Assembly (NCBI GenBank): GCA_907165135.1
Contig: OU015569.1
Location: 2,046,001 to 2,110,000, forward strand
Reading direction: 5' to 3'
Origin: Oikopleura dioica
Lineage: Eukaryota; Animalia; Chordata
Length of the DNA stretch: 64,000 bases
Shown here: positions 30,097 to 43,620 of the stretch, one piece after another
Layout of the letters: each line of letters starts with the position of its first letter
Position numbering within the stretch: the first letter of the stretch is position 1
Program-made: the position numbers and the translations under genes
Notes under the pieces: generated by a model
Told to the model about the DNA's origin: nothing
The model's input: only the letters and a program-made list of their open reading frames with translations
The model's database searches: none

Positions 30097-31957
30097 TTAG
30101 CCAGTGTACATTTTGACCTGCTCGTCTACCTTTACGTCGCCCTCGCCGAGCATGCCGTGTTGCTCGAGCATCTTATTGATCGCCTCGAGTTGCTGCTTTT
30201 TGACTTGAATAATCATTAAAATACGATTCGAAGTGACGTTTTCTTACTTTCTTTTTCGGAGTCTTTTTCCTCAGCAGCAGTCGACAGGTCGACCAACGGA
30301 GCCTAAATTTTTTCTAACATTCGTGCTTTATTTGATGACTACTTACGTGTTCTCCAGCGCTTGAAAGAATTGTGTCATCAGCGAGATTTCCTTGCTGGAA
30401 CTGATAATAATGTTGAAAATATTGATAAATAATAATAAGAGTACCTCTTCGCCAGTTGTTTCAGTACAGTCGAGGTCTGGGAGAGCGATCTCTTCGATTC
30501 CGGATAGAGACTCGTCAGCCTTATCTTTGGTAGGCTCACTCATCAATTCAAGAGTGTCATCTTTCGCTGAAGACACGGCTGGTTCGGATGGAGTCTTTTC
30601 CATCAGTTCGAGCGTATCTTCTTTCGCGACAGAGTCGTTGATAGCCGACTCATCGGCGATAGATGTTATCTCTTGAATACCAGTCAAAGAGAATTCGTCC
30701 TGCGACTCATCAGCCACATTTTTTTCAGTTGCGTTGACATCGATTGGCACAATTGGCTTCTCTTCGATGTCGACTTCAACTGGCGCAGCCTTCAAAAATA
30801 ATTAAAAAAATATTTCAAAATAAAAAGATTAACCTGGCTGAGCTTGGTTTCGTCCTTAGGAAGAATATTCATGTCTCCCATGAGCTCGTCGATGGCAGCA
30901 TCTACCTTCGCGATGTCAATCGCTTTGACGACGTCTTCTTCCGTATCGACTGCTTCTGCGCCAGAAACGCGTTCTTCCACAGCCTTTTTGCTCGAAGCAT
31001 CAGCTTCTTCGCGATCGATTGCTTCTTGTTGGACGCTCACTGGTGGGACGGACTCGGCCACTTGCTTCGACATCTCGACATCCTGATCTGACACAAGGAT
31101 GGGAGATGACGACTTGACCTCCTCGAGAGGGTCTTCGTCGTCTGATGGCTCCGTTCGAATCGATGGCGAGTTAGAACGCTCCTCGATCTTCGTCTCCTCA
31201 GTCTGTTCAGTTGCTTCAGAAACGACTGCCTGAGGAATGACCGGCTCAGACTCAGCCACTGGCTCAGCTTCAACGATATCTTCTTTTGGAGCTTCAAGGT
31301 CTTCGTCAGCGTCGTGGATGCTGTCGAAGTTCACGAGCATTGAGACTTTACTATCCTCGCTCTCTGGACTCTAAACCATTAATAGACTAAAAGTTCTCTT
31401 GTAACAAGTTATTACCTCTACAGCGCACTCTTCTTCCTCAGACTGTGGCTCAGTCTCTTTCTCTGGCTCAGGCTTGCTCTCGAGGGTTGTGTCGACGAAG
31501 GACATGAATTGAGTCTCTTCCATGGCAGCTTTTGGCTCCTCATTTATCGTTGCCTCGCCTTCTTCGACAACGCGCTCTTGCTCCTCTTCAGCCGGCATGT
31601 CGTTGGCCTCAGAGTTGGAGATGCGCTCGAACTCAGAAGAACCGGTCGAGTTGGACTCTTCCTTGTCTTCATTGATTGTCTCAGAGAGCTTGAATGCTGG
31701 CTCTGGGATAATCACGGGCGAAGGCGTTTCTTTCGGCTCCTCGTCTTTCTCCTTCTAAATATTCGAAATAACTTTATATCACAAAATATATAGTTTACCT
31801 CTTCCACATTTTCTTCCTTCCGAGTCTCTTGGACTCTTACTGGCTCTGGAATCGTGTCAGGTCCGAAAAATCGGTACCCGAGGCACGCGATGATGATCGT
31901 GAAGACCAAACCCAATGTGGTCCATGGGGTGGCCTCCTCCTCATCGTAAGTTGTCAT
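30097..31957 (-). CDS. MXRA7: MXRA7-like protein: N-terminal TM helix, very long acidic linker, conserved C-terminal helix
   Basis: MTTYDEEEATPWTTLGLVFTIIIACLGYRFF (TM); several Glu/Asp-rich exons. C-terminus KKQQLEAINKMLEQHGMLGEGDVKVDEQVKMY resembles the MXRA7 helical domain (KEQLAAIFKLM...VQEQLRLY, from memory). Confidence 0.7.
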
Positions 31958-32107
31958 TCTGAACGCGTCTCTAGGATTTTCTGTAGAAAATAATTTTTTC
32001 ACGCTGCCTCTTAAAAGAAGACTAGGTGAATGATGAAATAACGACAAAAATCGCAGAGGGAATGGCGCCATTCAGACGAAAAATGCATTTTTAGATTTTA
32101 ATCAGAT

Positions 32108-33497
32108 TTAACCGACGAAAACATCAAGTTCACGGGGGTGCTGTTGCCACGTCAGCTTCTGATAGACACTAAATATGGGTTTAACATCAGAGAACAGCAT
32201 TCTCGTCTTACTTATCGCGCTGTTTGATATAATTCGTCGAAGATGACTTGCATTCCGCGTATGATTCAAAGTCGGGCATGATTTGTCGAAACTTCCTAAA
32301 TAGATATTTCGGCGCGAGAATGGAATGGCTCTTCTCCAGACGAAAGTTTTTCTTGATTGCGCCGTGTTTATATCCTAATTTGCCGGTCAACTGCTCCGCC
32401 TTAGCCATGCACAAGTTCCAGGCCAAGCAAGAACTAGCCGAAACAACTTTGGATCCGTCATTGTTGTTAACTGCTCGAGGAGATTTTTCAAAGATGGGTT
32501 TTTCAACGACAGATGTTTCGACTTGATTGAGTCTCTTTAGAGGGAATGAGACAGGCTCGATATGTGACGTAATTGACAGAAGATGGTCCCTTTCCGAAAA
32601 TGCACGAGTCAGGGACTTTTGATCATCGACACAAGGTCCAAAGATCATCTTAAGCGGAATCAACGGCGCGTGAAACAAATGACTCAGCATCGCTCCTTGC
32701 CACCCACAAGAGTTCCATTTGGTTATCTTATCTATAATTGTACTTAAATTGATAGATACTTTTAAGTTTAGCCAAACCTGAGCAACTCATAGAAACAGTG
32801 GCAGGGCCGCGGCCGCCCTTTGTTCTGCTGACCCCAAGTTGGTGAAAGTTGGCACCTTCACCTTTCGGATCTGCCCCTGATTGCACTGGTCTTGCACCCG
32901 TCCTGAAGATGTCTCCTTCTCCCAACAAAACGCGTTCTGATCGAAAGTCATCTAAGATTCCTGTGCGGGCTCGTTTTGCAGGGACAGGATCATCCTGATC
33001 CGACTCCATCTCGACAATAGAAGCATCGCCACATGGCAGGGCGGAAGAATAGAAATAAAACTTCCACCTGAGTCGCCATTTTCCATCTTCGATTTCTTCA
33101 ACATACGAGTTGTCTTTCTTTTGGATGCTTTCCAGAAGAAAATGAATAAAGGCTCGTCTCGCCAGTACTTCGGCATGACTATCTGCTATGATCGTCCCTA
33201 AACTTTTTCAAATTTAAGAGACTCAAAGATGTTGAATATGAACAATATGATTACTAGATATAGCAAGTTTGAATAAATAAATGTACCTGGGGTAGCTTGA
33301 TTGACTCTTGAAAGCCCAACACACTGAGTTCCAGCTCCGATAGCTACTGTTTCCAGCTCACTATTTTCTTTTATTAGTACTATTCCCGCTAGAACAGTCC
33401 ACTCGCTTTTTTCCTTCGTCGAGGCAGCATTCTTTGCATACTTTATGTATGTTTCTTGAACAATTCTAGCTATGGCTTCGTCTGTTATTTGGTCCAT
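32108..33497 (-). CDS. ADAT1: tRNA-specific adenosine deaminase 1
   Basis: EWTVLAGIV, GAGTQCVG, DSHAEVLARR, LPCGDAS, SMSCSDKLTKW...QGA; no dsRNA-binding domain; last exon ...WQQHPRELDVFVG*. Confidence 0.9.
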
Positions 33498-33512
33498 TCT
33501 AAAGACGAGTTG

Positions 33513-34098
33513 CTAAAGTTGCTTTTTGCTGATGAAAAGTTCTTCTTCGAGACGGGCTATTTCTCCGTCGATATCTGCTACTCTTGTCTTGATAGATTCC
33601 ATGTTTTCGGGAGATATTTTCCACTGAGGGCCCAGTTCTTGCGCAGCAGGGGAAAATATTATTGGCGACCTATAAAACAACAATCGAAGAAAATATAAAT
33701 ACAATCATATCAACGATTCAAAATTAATTATCCATTATTTCGGTAATAGAATTAGACACATAACCAAGATAAGGAATTCACCTCATGATGGAATTAATTA
33801 ATATTGAAAACGAGCGGTAATTAAAAAGAAAAACTGACCTTCGTTCCATAAGAATGTAGCCGCTACGAGCACAACCGAAATTCGTGATGTCCGGACACAA
33901 ATCGTCGCGTAACTTCTTCCAATTCAGCTCAAGCTCACTGGCACTAGGGCGGTTTATCTCTTCTTTGATTTTGGTCTTTGTTATCGCTAGCTCAAGTGAG
34001 AGTGTTTCGGCGATCTTGAGCGCGTCTTGAAGATCAAGGGTGGCGGGTACTTGCTGCGTAGTGCAGAACTGTTTGAACGATTCGATGTGCTTGGCCAT
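33513..34098 (-). CDS. Uncharacterised helical/coiled-coil protein
   Basis: MAKHIESFKQFC... LELNWKKLRDDLC... and last exon ...IKTRVADIDGEIARLEEELFISKKQL*; stop is 15 nt upstream of the ADAT1 ATG. Confidence 0.6.
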
Positions 34099-34293
34099 TT
34101 TGACACACTGAGAGTGTGTCGTATCTGAAGAGATAGGGTTCAATCATCATTTTGTAGATTTAGCTTATTCTAGTGCCAAATCACTAAAGTTGGCAGCAGC
34201 GTGGCGGGAAATAAATATAATTAAACGAGAATTTGATTACTCAAATATTGAATATTGAGCTTGCCTATAATAATTGAACTAAAAGGAAAAACT

Positions 34294-36133
34294 TCAAACT
34301 TTGAGGTCTACAGTATCTCCCAGACGATCTGCATACCGCTTGAGAACTGGATTCACCTCTGCTTCGATAAACTCTTCGACTTGTTCTGGCGCTCTGCCGA
34401 TAAACGTTGCCGGGTCTGAAATAATTAACATCTCTCGTTGTTGCTTCTTATCAATCTCTCACCGAGTAATGAGTCAAGCTGCTGGTGAATGGACGCAAAA
34501 AGTCGCATTGACGAATCCTGTGGATCAAATCATTCTCGGCGCCCTCGTTCTTGACGCGCGCGCCTGCCTAGGGAATATTTTTGAATACACATGGGAGCAC
34601 ATACGGAGCTACTAACCTCTTGGGACAAAACTCGGAATTTTTCGTGGGCTTCTTGGCGACTGCCACCTGCTTTTACGACAGCCATCAGGATATTTTCCGC
34701 TGCCATAAAGGGCAACTCTTCTTTTACGTGTTTTTCGATTACTTTCGGGTAGACAACTATCATCAATATCGATTTAATAATCTTAACGATCGGTTTACCT
34801 AATCCTTCGGTGATATTTTGAAGCAAAATTGCAATCGCGTCCGCCGTGAGAAATGCTTCAGGAAGATAAAGTCTCCGCGCGGCCGAATCATCGAGAGTGC
34901 GCTCCATCCACTGCACGGAGATTGTTTGTAGCGCAGCATTCGGCAAAGTGAGCAAGTGGCGAGCCAGACCGCAGCATCTCTCGGATCGCATTGGGTTCCG
35001 CTTGTAAGGCATCGCTTTTTTGAAGAGTCGTTATTTTCGGCTTCAGACGAGAGCTTTTTACCTGATGATCCGATTTGCTTCTTCTCGAAGGGTTCTTCCA
35101 GTTCCTTCATCGATGCCAAGAGACGAATGTCTGATGCCATCTTATGAGCACTAGCGGCGAATTCCGCCAACGCGTTGATAACATGCGCGTCCTGTTTTCG
35201 CGGATAAGTCTGCCCAGTGATCAAATAATGGGATTTGAAGCCGGCCAATTCTGTGAGCCGCGCGTCCAGCTGCCGAACCTTCTCATGATCGCCAGCAAAG
35301 AGTTCCAAGAAGCTTCCTTGTGTTCCAGTTGTGCCTTTAACTCCGCGGAAACGGAGCGAGTCGCGAACACGTTTTAGGTTTGACAGATCACTGATCATGT
35401 CTTGAAGCCAAAGACACGCGCGCTTCCCGACAGTTGTCATTTGAGCAGGCTAATGATAAGAATAGGTCTTGAATTGTAAGGAAAAACGAACCTGGAGATG
35501 AGTGAAGCCAAGAGTAGGAAGATGTCTGTACTCGTTAGCGAACTTCGACAGTCTGTCAATGCAAGTGGCAATCTTTGGAATGAGAATGTCGAGAGCATCG
35601 CGCATGATGATGCAGTCTGCGTTGTCGCCGACGAAACAGCTTGTCGCCCCAAGATGAATGATCGGAGCTGCAAGCGGCGCGGCGACACTGAGCTGGGTTC
35701 ACACAATCGAAGCACATTCAAATCGGTGCTATGCGAAGAAAGTTGGCGAAAGTTTGATTTTGAAAACCCCGCCCCAAAAGTGTGCACATGCGCCATCACA
35801 TCGTGGCGGCGGAGTTTCTCCTCCTTTGCAGCCATTTCATAGTCGATCTTGTGGATATTGGCGCGCAGCTGTTCCACTTGCTCCAAACTAACGCTTTCTT
35901 TGGAGAGATTCACGAAATTCTATCTTTCTTCTTGCAGTAGTGTTTTTATCAAATTGAAAAAAGTCGTTTCCAAGTGAATTTCCATTTCCTATTCCAAGCT
36001 CGTGCTCGGCCTGAGCGAGCCAAGTCCAAAGCTGTCTCCAAGAAGAGAATTTCTTGTGGCTTCCGAAGTTCGCATTCATTTCGTTCGAAACATATCGAGT
36101 AGAAAGGGGAGAAACGTACTTATCATTATCCAT
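34294..36133 (-). CDS. ADSL: Adenylosuccinate lyase
   Basis: [24 protein letters not shown]...[24 protein letters not shown], lyase signature [38 protein letters not shown]. Confidence 0.97.
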
Positions 36134-36930
36134 CTTTTTCTATGCAAAAGACATTTTAAAAACCTTTTATTCGAACAAAACAGCTGCCAAGAAAGGAGTA
36201 GTGCAATCTGTTTGAAAGCAATTTGAGTACCAGTCAGTCATTAACATTAACAGTATAAATTTCATTTTTATTAAAAAATTACTTAAAAACTAGCTTTTAT
36301 AAGTCTTATCACAATAAAAGCATAATTATCAATTTTTTCGCAGGAATATTCCTCTAAAAACAAGGTTTCTTCAGTCGATATAATTTGAGGTTGTTCCCAC
36401 GGTGCGGGGAAAATCGCTGAAGCAATTTCAAACTGGCGCGCTCTCAGAGACAAACTGCTTCTGATTCGCCGATTCTTTAGAATACTAATTTACTGGATTG
36501 GAAACAGTACTCTGCCTCTAATTTTGCCGAACCGGCTAGCTGCTCATATTCTCACACAAATGCATAATTTTAAATGCATTTACTCAGATTCTGAACCTTT
36601 CTACACCAGAATTTCTACTACCGAACAACCGAAAAAGACAGGAGCAAGTGGAAATTTATTTTATTCATTTTATTCGTTCAAACAGTTCTAGAGCCAATTT
36701 TGGAACTTCCGGTCCCAGAAATTGTCTTGTGGGCATGAGCCAGACCTCGATATGGGTACCAAATGAAAGCTCTCGTCCTAAGCTTTCGAAAATTATGTCA
36801 GCAGTAAGCCTAAAAATAGGAGTAGAACGGTTATTGAAGTCGGAAGTCGGTAGAAATCGAGGGAAAGATTTACAAAGAAGAAGACACTCTCGGCCAGTTA
36901 AGCTTTTCTATTCTCGAGTACAGTATCTAT

Positions 36931-37164
36931 TCATCTTATCTCACGTACAGAAGCCAGCAGGGGATAATGAGCAGTGCTTATTCGAGCTGCGAGCTGGAAA
37001 TTGAGGACTAAGCAAAAAAAGCTTATCAAAGTCGGGTTCATCGGATTCGATGTAGCTGTCGGGGCGGACGTAGACGATGAAGTTGTACATTGACTAGAAG
37101 ACGAGTGTCCGTCGCATTTGAGCGTGCTCCAACAAAAACACATAAATAGTGTCGTATGTTTCAT
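36931..37164 (-). CDS. Possible small Ser/Thr-rich membrane-anchored peptide (77 aa)
   Basis: ORF with a hydrophobic N-terminus, a short S/T-rich core (SSSSQCTTSSSTSAPTATSN) and a second hydrophobic stretch; no homology recognised. Confidence 0.3.
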   Translation of the reverse strand: MKHTTLFMCFCWSTLKCDGHSSSSQCTTSSSTSAPTATSNPMNPTLISFFCLVLNFQLAARISTAHYPLLASVREIR

Positions 37165-37599
37165 AACTTATTTTTAAGTTATGAAGCAAAAACGCTTTTA
37201 TTTTAGTTTCATTTTATCAAAGAATAGATGAGGATCTGCTTTTCTTTTTCCTATTTATATACGAGAAACTCATGGAGGGTTTGGCGCTTCTAGCGGTCCA
37301 GCTGCAAGATAGATTCCCTTATCTATCAACACGGGCTATTATCTGAGGATTTTATCGTAGCTTCCGGTTTTTTTATGTTGATTAAAATCTTCCACCAGTT
37401 TCACGTCTATTAGCTCGTCTTAGCTTTCTCTTCGATTGGATTTTGTATCCATTTGATTGTGGGTCGTTGTAGTTTTAAGTATATTCGACTTTATGTCCCA
37501 ATTTTAAAAATTAAATTCCAAGTTTCTTAACAAAAATTATAGAATTATAGTGAGCCCCTATTTTTGGTAAAAAGACAAAATTTGACAGAAATTGACAGT

Positions 37600-37850
37600 C
37601 GGCAAATCGACCGCAAAATCCGCAAAGTGCGAAGTGCGATGAAAGTTAAAAAGTGCGGAATACGACTGCGAAAAGAATCGCACTTTTCAAAAATTCTGCG
37701 GAAAGTGCGGAGTGCGGGGCGATGAAAAAATATCAGGTTTGAGTGCGGTGCGGAGTGCGAAATTTCCGCAGTCGCACCTCGCACTGCGAAGGCACATTCC
37801 TGATTAGAAGTTCTAATCAGTTCTAATTTAGTTCTAATTTAGAACTGTTA
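37600..37850. repeat. (A)GTGCG/CGCAC-rich degenerate repeat followed by three AGTTCTAAT copies
   Basis: About ten GTGCG/CTGCG copies with inverse CGCAC copies between 37621 and 37800; AGTTCTAAT three times at about 37808-37838, flanked by inverse TTAGAA. Confidence 0.55.
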
Positions 37851-38349
37851 CCCGGCAGTACTCCTCCATCAAAGGAGCCTCTCTCCGGTAATTTTTCGTT
37901 CGGGTAGACGATCATTTCTTTACGTCACGATATTTCTTTACCGTGTTCCTAGGTTTGACACACCATTACGGGAATGAAATTCCCGGGGAATCCTCATGAA
38001 AGAAGAGTGATTAAACTCTTCGGGATTCGAACTAACTTGACATTTTTTGCCTATCAACCCACTAGCCACACCACCAGCTAGTGCCCGAGAAAAAGGATGA
38101 GAAACTGGTTTATATATTGAAGAATACATATCAGAGTATAAACACAGAATACGCATTTTTGATTATACAATCACTTTTATATTTAAACGAGCAAATGAGA
38201 TCAAAAAGGGAAGCAAAATTTCGAAAATTTATGTTGACCGGATTAAATTTTCAAAATTTTATTTCAAAAGGAGCAGACACAAAAAACATTTTCAAGATGG
38301 TATCTAAAAAGCGGGAAGGGATGAGCTTGTCAAAGTGAAGTAGTTGCGG

Positions 38350-41300
38350 TGAATTATTCTTCTTCGTCGTCCCTGAACAGGGAGAAATCCCTGTTGATAA
38401 CTTGGCGCAGGCGAGTTTTTATATGCTTGTGTAGGGCCTGAGATCATGTGTTAGAGTGTGAGAATAAAAGTTTTAGGTACCTTTATCTCTGAGTTTTTGC
38501 GAAGATACTCTTCGCTCTTCTTCGCCATCAGCGCCCACTCTGCCTCATAGTGGTAGGCAAAGTTGCGCAGCGACCATAAAACGATAATTGTCATCATTGT
38601 TTCGGAAGAATCGACGGCCTAGAATCGTCATAAGAAGATTTCATCATAATTTGCTCTTACCTCTTGCGCTTGAACACAAAGAGTGGCTTTGATTCCAGGA
38701 TGAAGCTGCATGTCATAGACCTTGAGCAACTTCCAAACCGCTCCCTCGTCTTTCCAGGTTCCTGTGAGAGGACACGCTAGCTGTATCAAATGTTCGTGAA
38801 TCTAAAAATCGATGGACTAAGTTTTTCGTTGATTTTGATTCAACGTACCTGATCCTTTGGAATAGTAGCTTCGTATTTTTCCCAGCCCATCTTTGTCTTT
38901 GACTTGTGCTTTGTCTTGTTGCGGCTTGAGCTGCGGGTGTTGTCGTCAGAGTCGGAATCGAGGCAAGTCCCTTCGACCTCCAAGAGCTCTTCCTCTGCAT
39001 ATTCGACGTCAACATTGGTAGAGAAAGATTTAAAGCACGAGAGTTGCACTTACCTCGTCCAGAATACGCAGCAATGTCGGATACTGCATTCGACATCATT
39101 GTTGGCATTCCTTGCGGTCTCGACTCGTCCGCGGTCCATGTAAATAGAGGTTTCACATTTTGCTGCGTTGAAAATCAAAGTACGCTTATTGCCATGTAAA
39201 CAACGTTGAAACCCTTATCCAGAGTAGTTATGAAGAGTCTCCAACGCTGAGTTCGTCAGATGGAAGCTTGCCGATGGATCTGATCCTGCCTTTGGTGCGT
39301 TTCCTTTTTCGCAGATACCGATGAAGGCGGTATAAGCGTGTAGGATGTTGCCCTCTTTTGATAATTCAACAATGCGGTCCTTCACTTCAGCATGCTCGCC
39401 CTATGATTTTCATTTCGATGCCGTAAAGCTAGCTTAATTACCTGGAATCCAATTGACCTTCTCAGCACTTCGAGCTTCTGGATTTCTTGTTTGGCCCAGT
39501 ATGACATCAACGAGGTGTTCTCATTAGCTAAGCATCAAAAGATGATAAAATGAAGGAGATTTTTATATGGAAAATCTTACATTGAACAGGATTAATTGGA
39601 AACTCGTGAATGTATTCCGCATCTTGATCACCAATTTTGAACGTCATTTCTACGCGAATATTTTGGCCTTCATATTTTTTCAGGAAACCCTCATTGATCT
39701 TCTTGATTCGGAAAAATAGCCTTGTCTCTTCATAGATATAGACCTCATCGCCCTTAATTCCTGGGCCGGATGGGATGCACTAGCACGAAAAGTTAGTAAA
39801 TTCTTCTATATATTTATGGCATCTCTCTATGTCTGCTTCATACCTGAGGAGGGAGCGATGGAAAATTGACGTCAATCAATACCAAGACTGGCTCCGTCGT
39901 GTATCTCGCAAGCTGGAGAACTTTCTGAGTCATTCTGTCGTTTAGATTCACGTAGATCGACTGTCCTCTTGTGTTTTTAGCGACGCCGTCAACAAGACCT
40001 AAAGCCAGTTGAATGGATAGTCATCTGAAGTCAACTTACATGTTGAAGCGCCGGAGCCAATGCCAACTGTAAATATCCGATTCTTTTCTTTATTTCTAGC
40101 ACAAAATTCGAGCACTTCCTCGGTGTTAGACACTGATCCATCGGTCAGCAGGATGATATCTCGAACCTCAACTTTCGGATCCAGGTAGCAATTGAAGATT
40201 TCTTATTTCAAAAATTAGAAAAGTTTTGGATAAAAAGGTTACCTTCAAGAGGCTTGAGAAGTTCTGTTCCTCCGAGATTGGCAACCATTTCGTCGATATG
40301 CATTTTTGCTTCAGTGATGTTCTGGGATGTGTAAGGCTGAGCTACATCCCAGAGCTTTGAAAAGCTAGGCAAATAAAATTATTTATATAAATCGAGATCG
40401 GGCATTACCGGGATCCGAATGATACGATATTGAACTTGCATTTGCGAGGCAATTGTTGGATAGCTTGCTAAAAATGGCTTGATCTGAGTTCTAAAATATC
40501 GATCTACCGTGAGACAGTGCTTTGCTTGCTTCATAAGACTGCCGCTCATACTTCCGGATCGATCGATCAGGAAGATGTATTCCTTCATTTTCTCTTCTTT
40601 CTTCAAAAATTCTGGGATGAAATTGTCGGGAATAAGCTTCTTTGGTTTTATATGAGTTACATAAATGGCCTCTTTCTTGTTGCACTCGAAAGCATCGGTC
40701 ATATTTCCAATTGAAAAGTCTTTTCCAAGTGAGTTTTCGATGAAAATCTCAATATCAACTGGACAAACTTTAAGTTCCTCCGAATCTAAATCACTGTTAT
40801 TCACCGAAATAGCGTTACTCGCTTACTAAGAGCCCATCGCTCCAACTTCAACTCTTCGTGGACATGCTTGGATATCTTTCGCTCGACTATTTTTCCAGTT
40901 GAATCCATGATCTTGCCAAAGACTCGCTTTGCTGGCGGCTCGCATGTAAGGTAAACTTTTGTTACAAAAGTTGAATCGTAAATGTTCTCATGGAGATTGT
41001 GCTGAGGCACTCGTTCCCCGACAACAAATCGTTTCTTGTGGCTCATTGGGAGGTGAAGCTTCATGAGTCGAGAGCGGCTGTCAGAGGATTGATGTCGATG
41101 CTTGCCGCCTTCTTCAACCTTGAGATCCATGAAATACTCGAAATTAACAGCCACAGATTGGTCCGGTCCAATTTGCCCAAGCTCGATAATGAAAGAGTCA
41201 GCAGCCGTGTTGTCCAGAGTGCCCATGACGGCGGCCTTATCTTCATCCTTAGATTGTTGGAAGATCTGAGACGCCTGTTCACGTTCAGTAATCTTCGCTT

Positions 41301-41900
41301 TGATTCGGTGCACAAGAGTGTTTTCCTTATTTACGGTTCAAAACGGTTCTCTTCTATATTTACATTCTTTATTATAGTTTAGAAACGCTCCTTGGAATAA
41401 AGCTCAGCTTCGAACTTGCATACTGATGCTCCATTATGAATCGGGTAGATAAACTTTGATTCTTGTCGAGTATCTTCGGAGTAGTTTCGAGCTTGCGGTG
41501 TGGGAATAAAGCGCACTTTGTTCTTCACAGTGCAGATTCGGTTGACAATGTTGATGTTGACAACATATTCAGCCACCTTATTTCTGTGTTTAGCAATTTT
41601 GTACAAAACTTTTCATCTCACCTTCATGTTCTCGATTCGAGGAAGGAAGCAGTAGTTGTCGAACTTCGTTTATGCTCATTTTTGTGTGTATCGAATTTGA
41701 AATCAAGAAAGATTTTTTTGAGAATAACAATGAGAAAATCTCAACCAATTATAATTATTTTCTATAATCGAACAGAGAGTCTGTGGAAGATCTTTGGGAG
41801 CATTTTCCTGTTCATGAATATAGCCAATTTTGGCTTCTTCTTGAGAGTCGACAGACTCCCTCCATCCGCTTTGCGAGTACGGCATCTCTAAAGTGGCCAC
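38350..41900 (-). CDS. VIT plus vWA domain protein (VWA5A-like)
   Basis: VIT: SKFIYPIHNGASVCKFEAEL, FIIELGQIGP. vWA MIDAS EYIFLIDRSGSMSG, GGTELL.PL, IILLTDG, GIGSG. C-terminal ...WALMAKKSEEYL as in VWA5A-type proteins. Ends approximate. Confidence 0.85.
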
Positions 41901-42305
41901 GGCGCTGGAAAGATACGCTCCTGGTTCAACTCAATTTAAGCGAACTGTCCTTGGCGTATTTTTGATACTTTCTTGTGTATATCTGGCTCAAGCGCTGTCG
42001 GAGTTGATCTCCAACGGGTCGCTTTACGAATAGTGAGCTGCTACCCGTTTCGAATTTTCACGCTCAAGTGAATCGATTTGAAAAAGCACTGGAAGGCGCC
42101 GGATCGTGATTCGATCGATTTCATTTCAATTTAATCAAAATTCGAAATTCCGAAAATTTCAACGCCGCAAAAACGATACAACCTTGCTAGACTCTCATAA
42201 TGAGAACCTTTATCTTTGACCCCCCTATCATTCAAATTTTACGTCACCCTAACGCAACAAAAGTAGATTTAGGTAAAGCATCATTTTATTTAGCAGAAAC
42301 AGGTG

Positions 42306-43620
42306 TCATAGGTTAAGTGTCTTGCGAAGATTCACTCCAATGTCTTTGATAGGATCGTCATATTTGCGTAAAAACATCGCTGGTACCAGTCCCTTCGATC
42401 CATTGTATCTAAACATATGTTATCCTTTACACTGGGGTAAAACGATTCTACCTGACAAGCCACCATCCATCAACATTCTCCTCAAGAACACTAACTATGC
42501 AATTTTCCTCCACGGATAGTTCTTTATCGTTTGTTGCTCGAAACTTCTCAGTTACCAGGTAGTCATTATTTTTGATGAAAGCTTTATTCTCTATGCCATT
42601 CTCAAGACTGAAATCTACACTCAGCTTTCAACAAATAAGAGTTAACGAACCCTTGAGAAGATTCAGTAGTCGACGTTCTTGACTCTTCGTGAATGTAGCT
42701 TGCAGGGACCCAGCCGCTTTCTCCAGTTTCGTAGTTTTCAACTAGCCACCATCCAGTTGGCTCGCGCATTATGACATTGAGACGATCCCCTTTGCTCAGC
42801 GATATTTCACCTTCTCCCCCGCTTGTATAATCCTCTTCAATCATGGTAAATACAAAGCTATGAAGATCTTTTACCAAGGACGTATGCTCCACTTTCTTCT
42901 ATCGCTTCTATGTTTCCATAAATGTGGGCAAGCGATTTCCGAACAGTTTTGCGATAGTTTTCTGTTTCCATTACAGAATGGTCAATCATCATAAATGTCT
43001 GGTATTTTGATAGTCAAGTTTCTTTGGTTTAATTATGCCACGACAAAATATACGCTGCTCGATCATTTTAACCTCAATTTCCTGACAAGTCTCGTCGTCA
43101 GGTGTCTTTGCTAAATCGTACATTGAAATTCGTCGCGCAGAAAAGAAAAGCCTGACTGGACCGGATAGAAGAATTTCCGTGTAGTATTCAAGCAGCGAGA
43201 AGTATTCGCTTATTACAGGGACCAAATGAGTATATACAGTCAGGCGCATTTCGGAGCGAAATCGAAGTCGCTTTTTGATTTTGGTGCCCGAAGGATCGAG
43301 ATCAGATCTGGCGTTTTTTGAAGCCATGTTTTCGATCAATGCGGTGAGTTCTCGTATTTGCTTTTCAAGGACTCTATATCATAAATCGAACACAATTCTA
43401 TTGTCGTAATGAATTGGGGTCATGGAAGAGCCCTAAACTGTAACGATTTGTAAACCAACACTTCCGACTCGTCATTCCATGTAACCATTATCAAAAATAG
43501 ATAGGTCTTCTTGGGCGTGAAACATTTTTGAATTCCAGATATGGAAAATGATTTCGGAAATCTTATAAAAATTTGATGCAAGTTTCAATGGAAGATAGAA
43601 TATAACCTTGAAGGACGACC
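42306..43620 (-). CDS. PX-SH3-SH3 protein (NCF1/p47phox or NOXO1-like NADPH oxidase organiser)
   Basis: PX start ISGIQKCFTPKKTYLFLIMVTWNDESEVLVYK (compare p47phox). SH3A EDYTSGGEGEISLSKGD...GWWLV...GWVPASYI; SH3B EKFRATNDKELSV...GWWLVRYNGSKGLVPAMFL; stop at 42306. Start codon not located. Confidence 0.8.
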
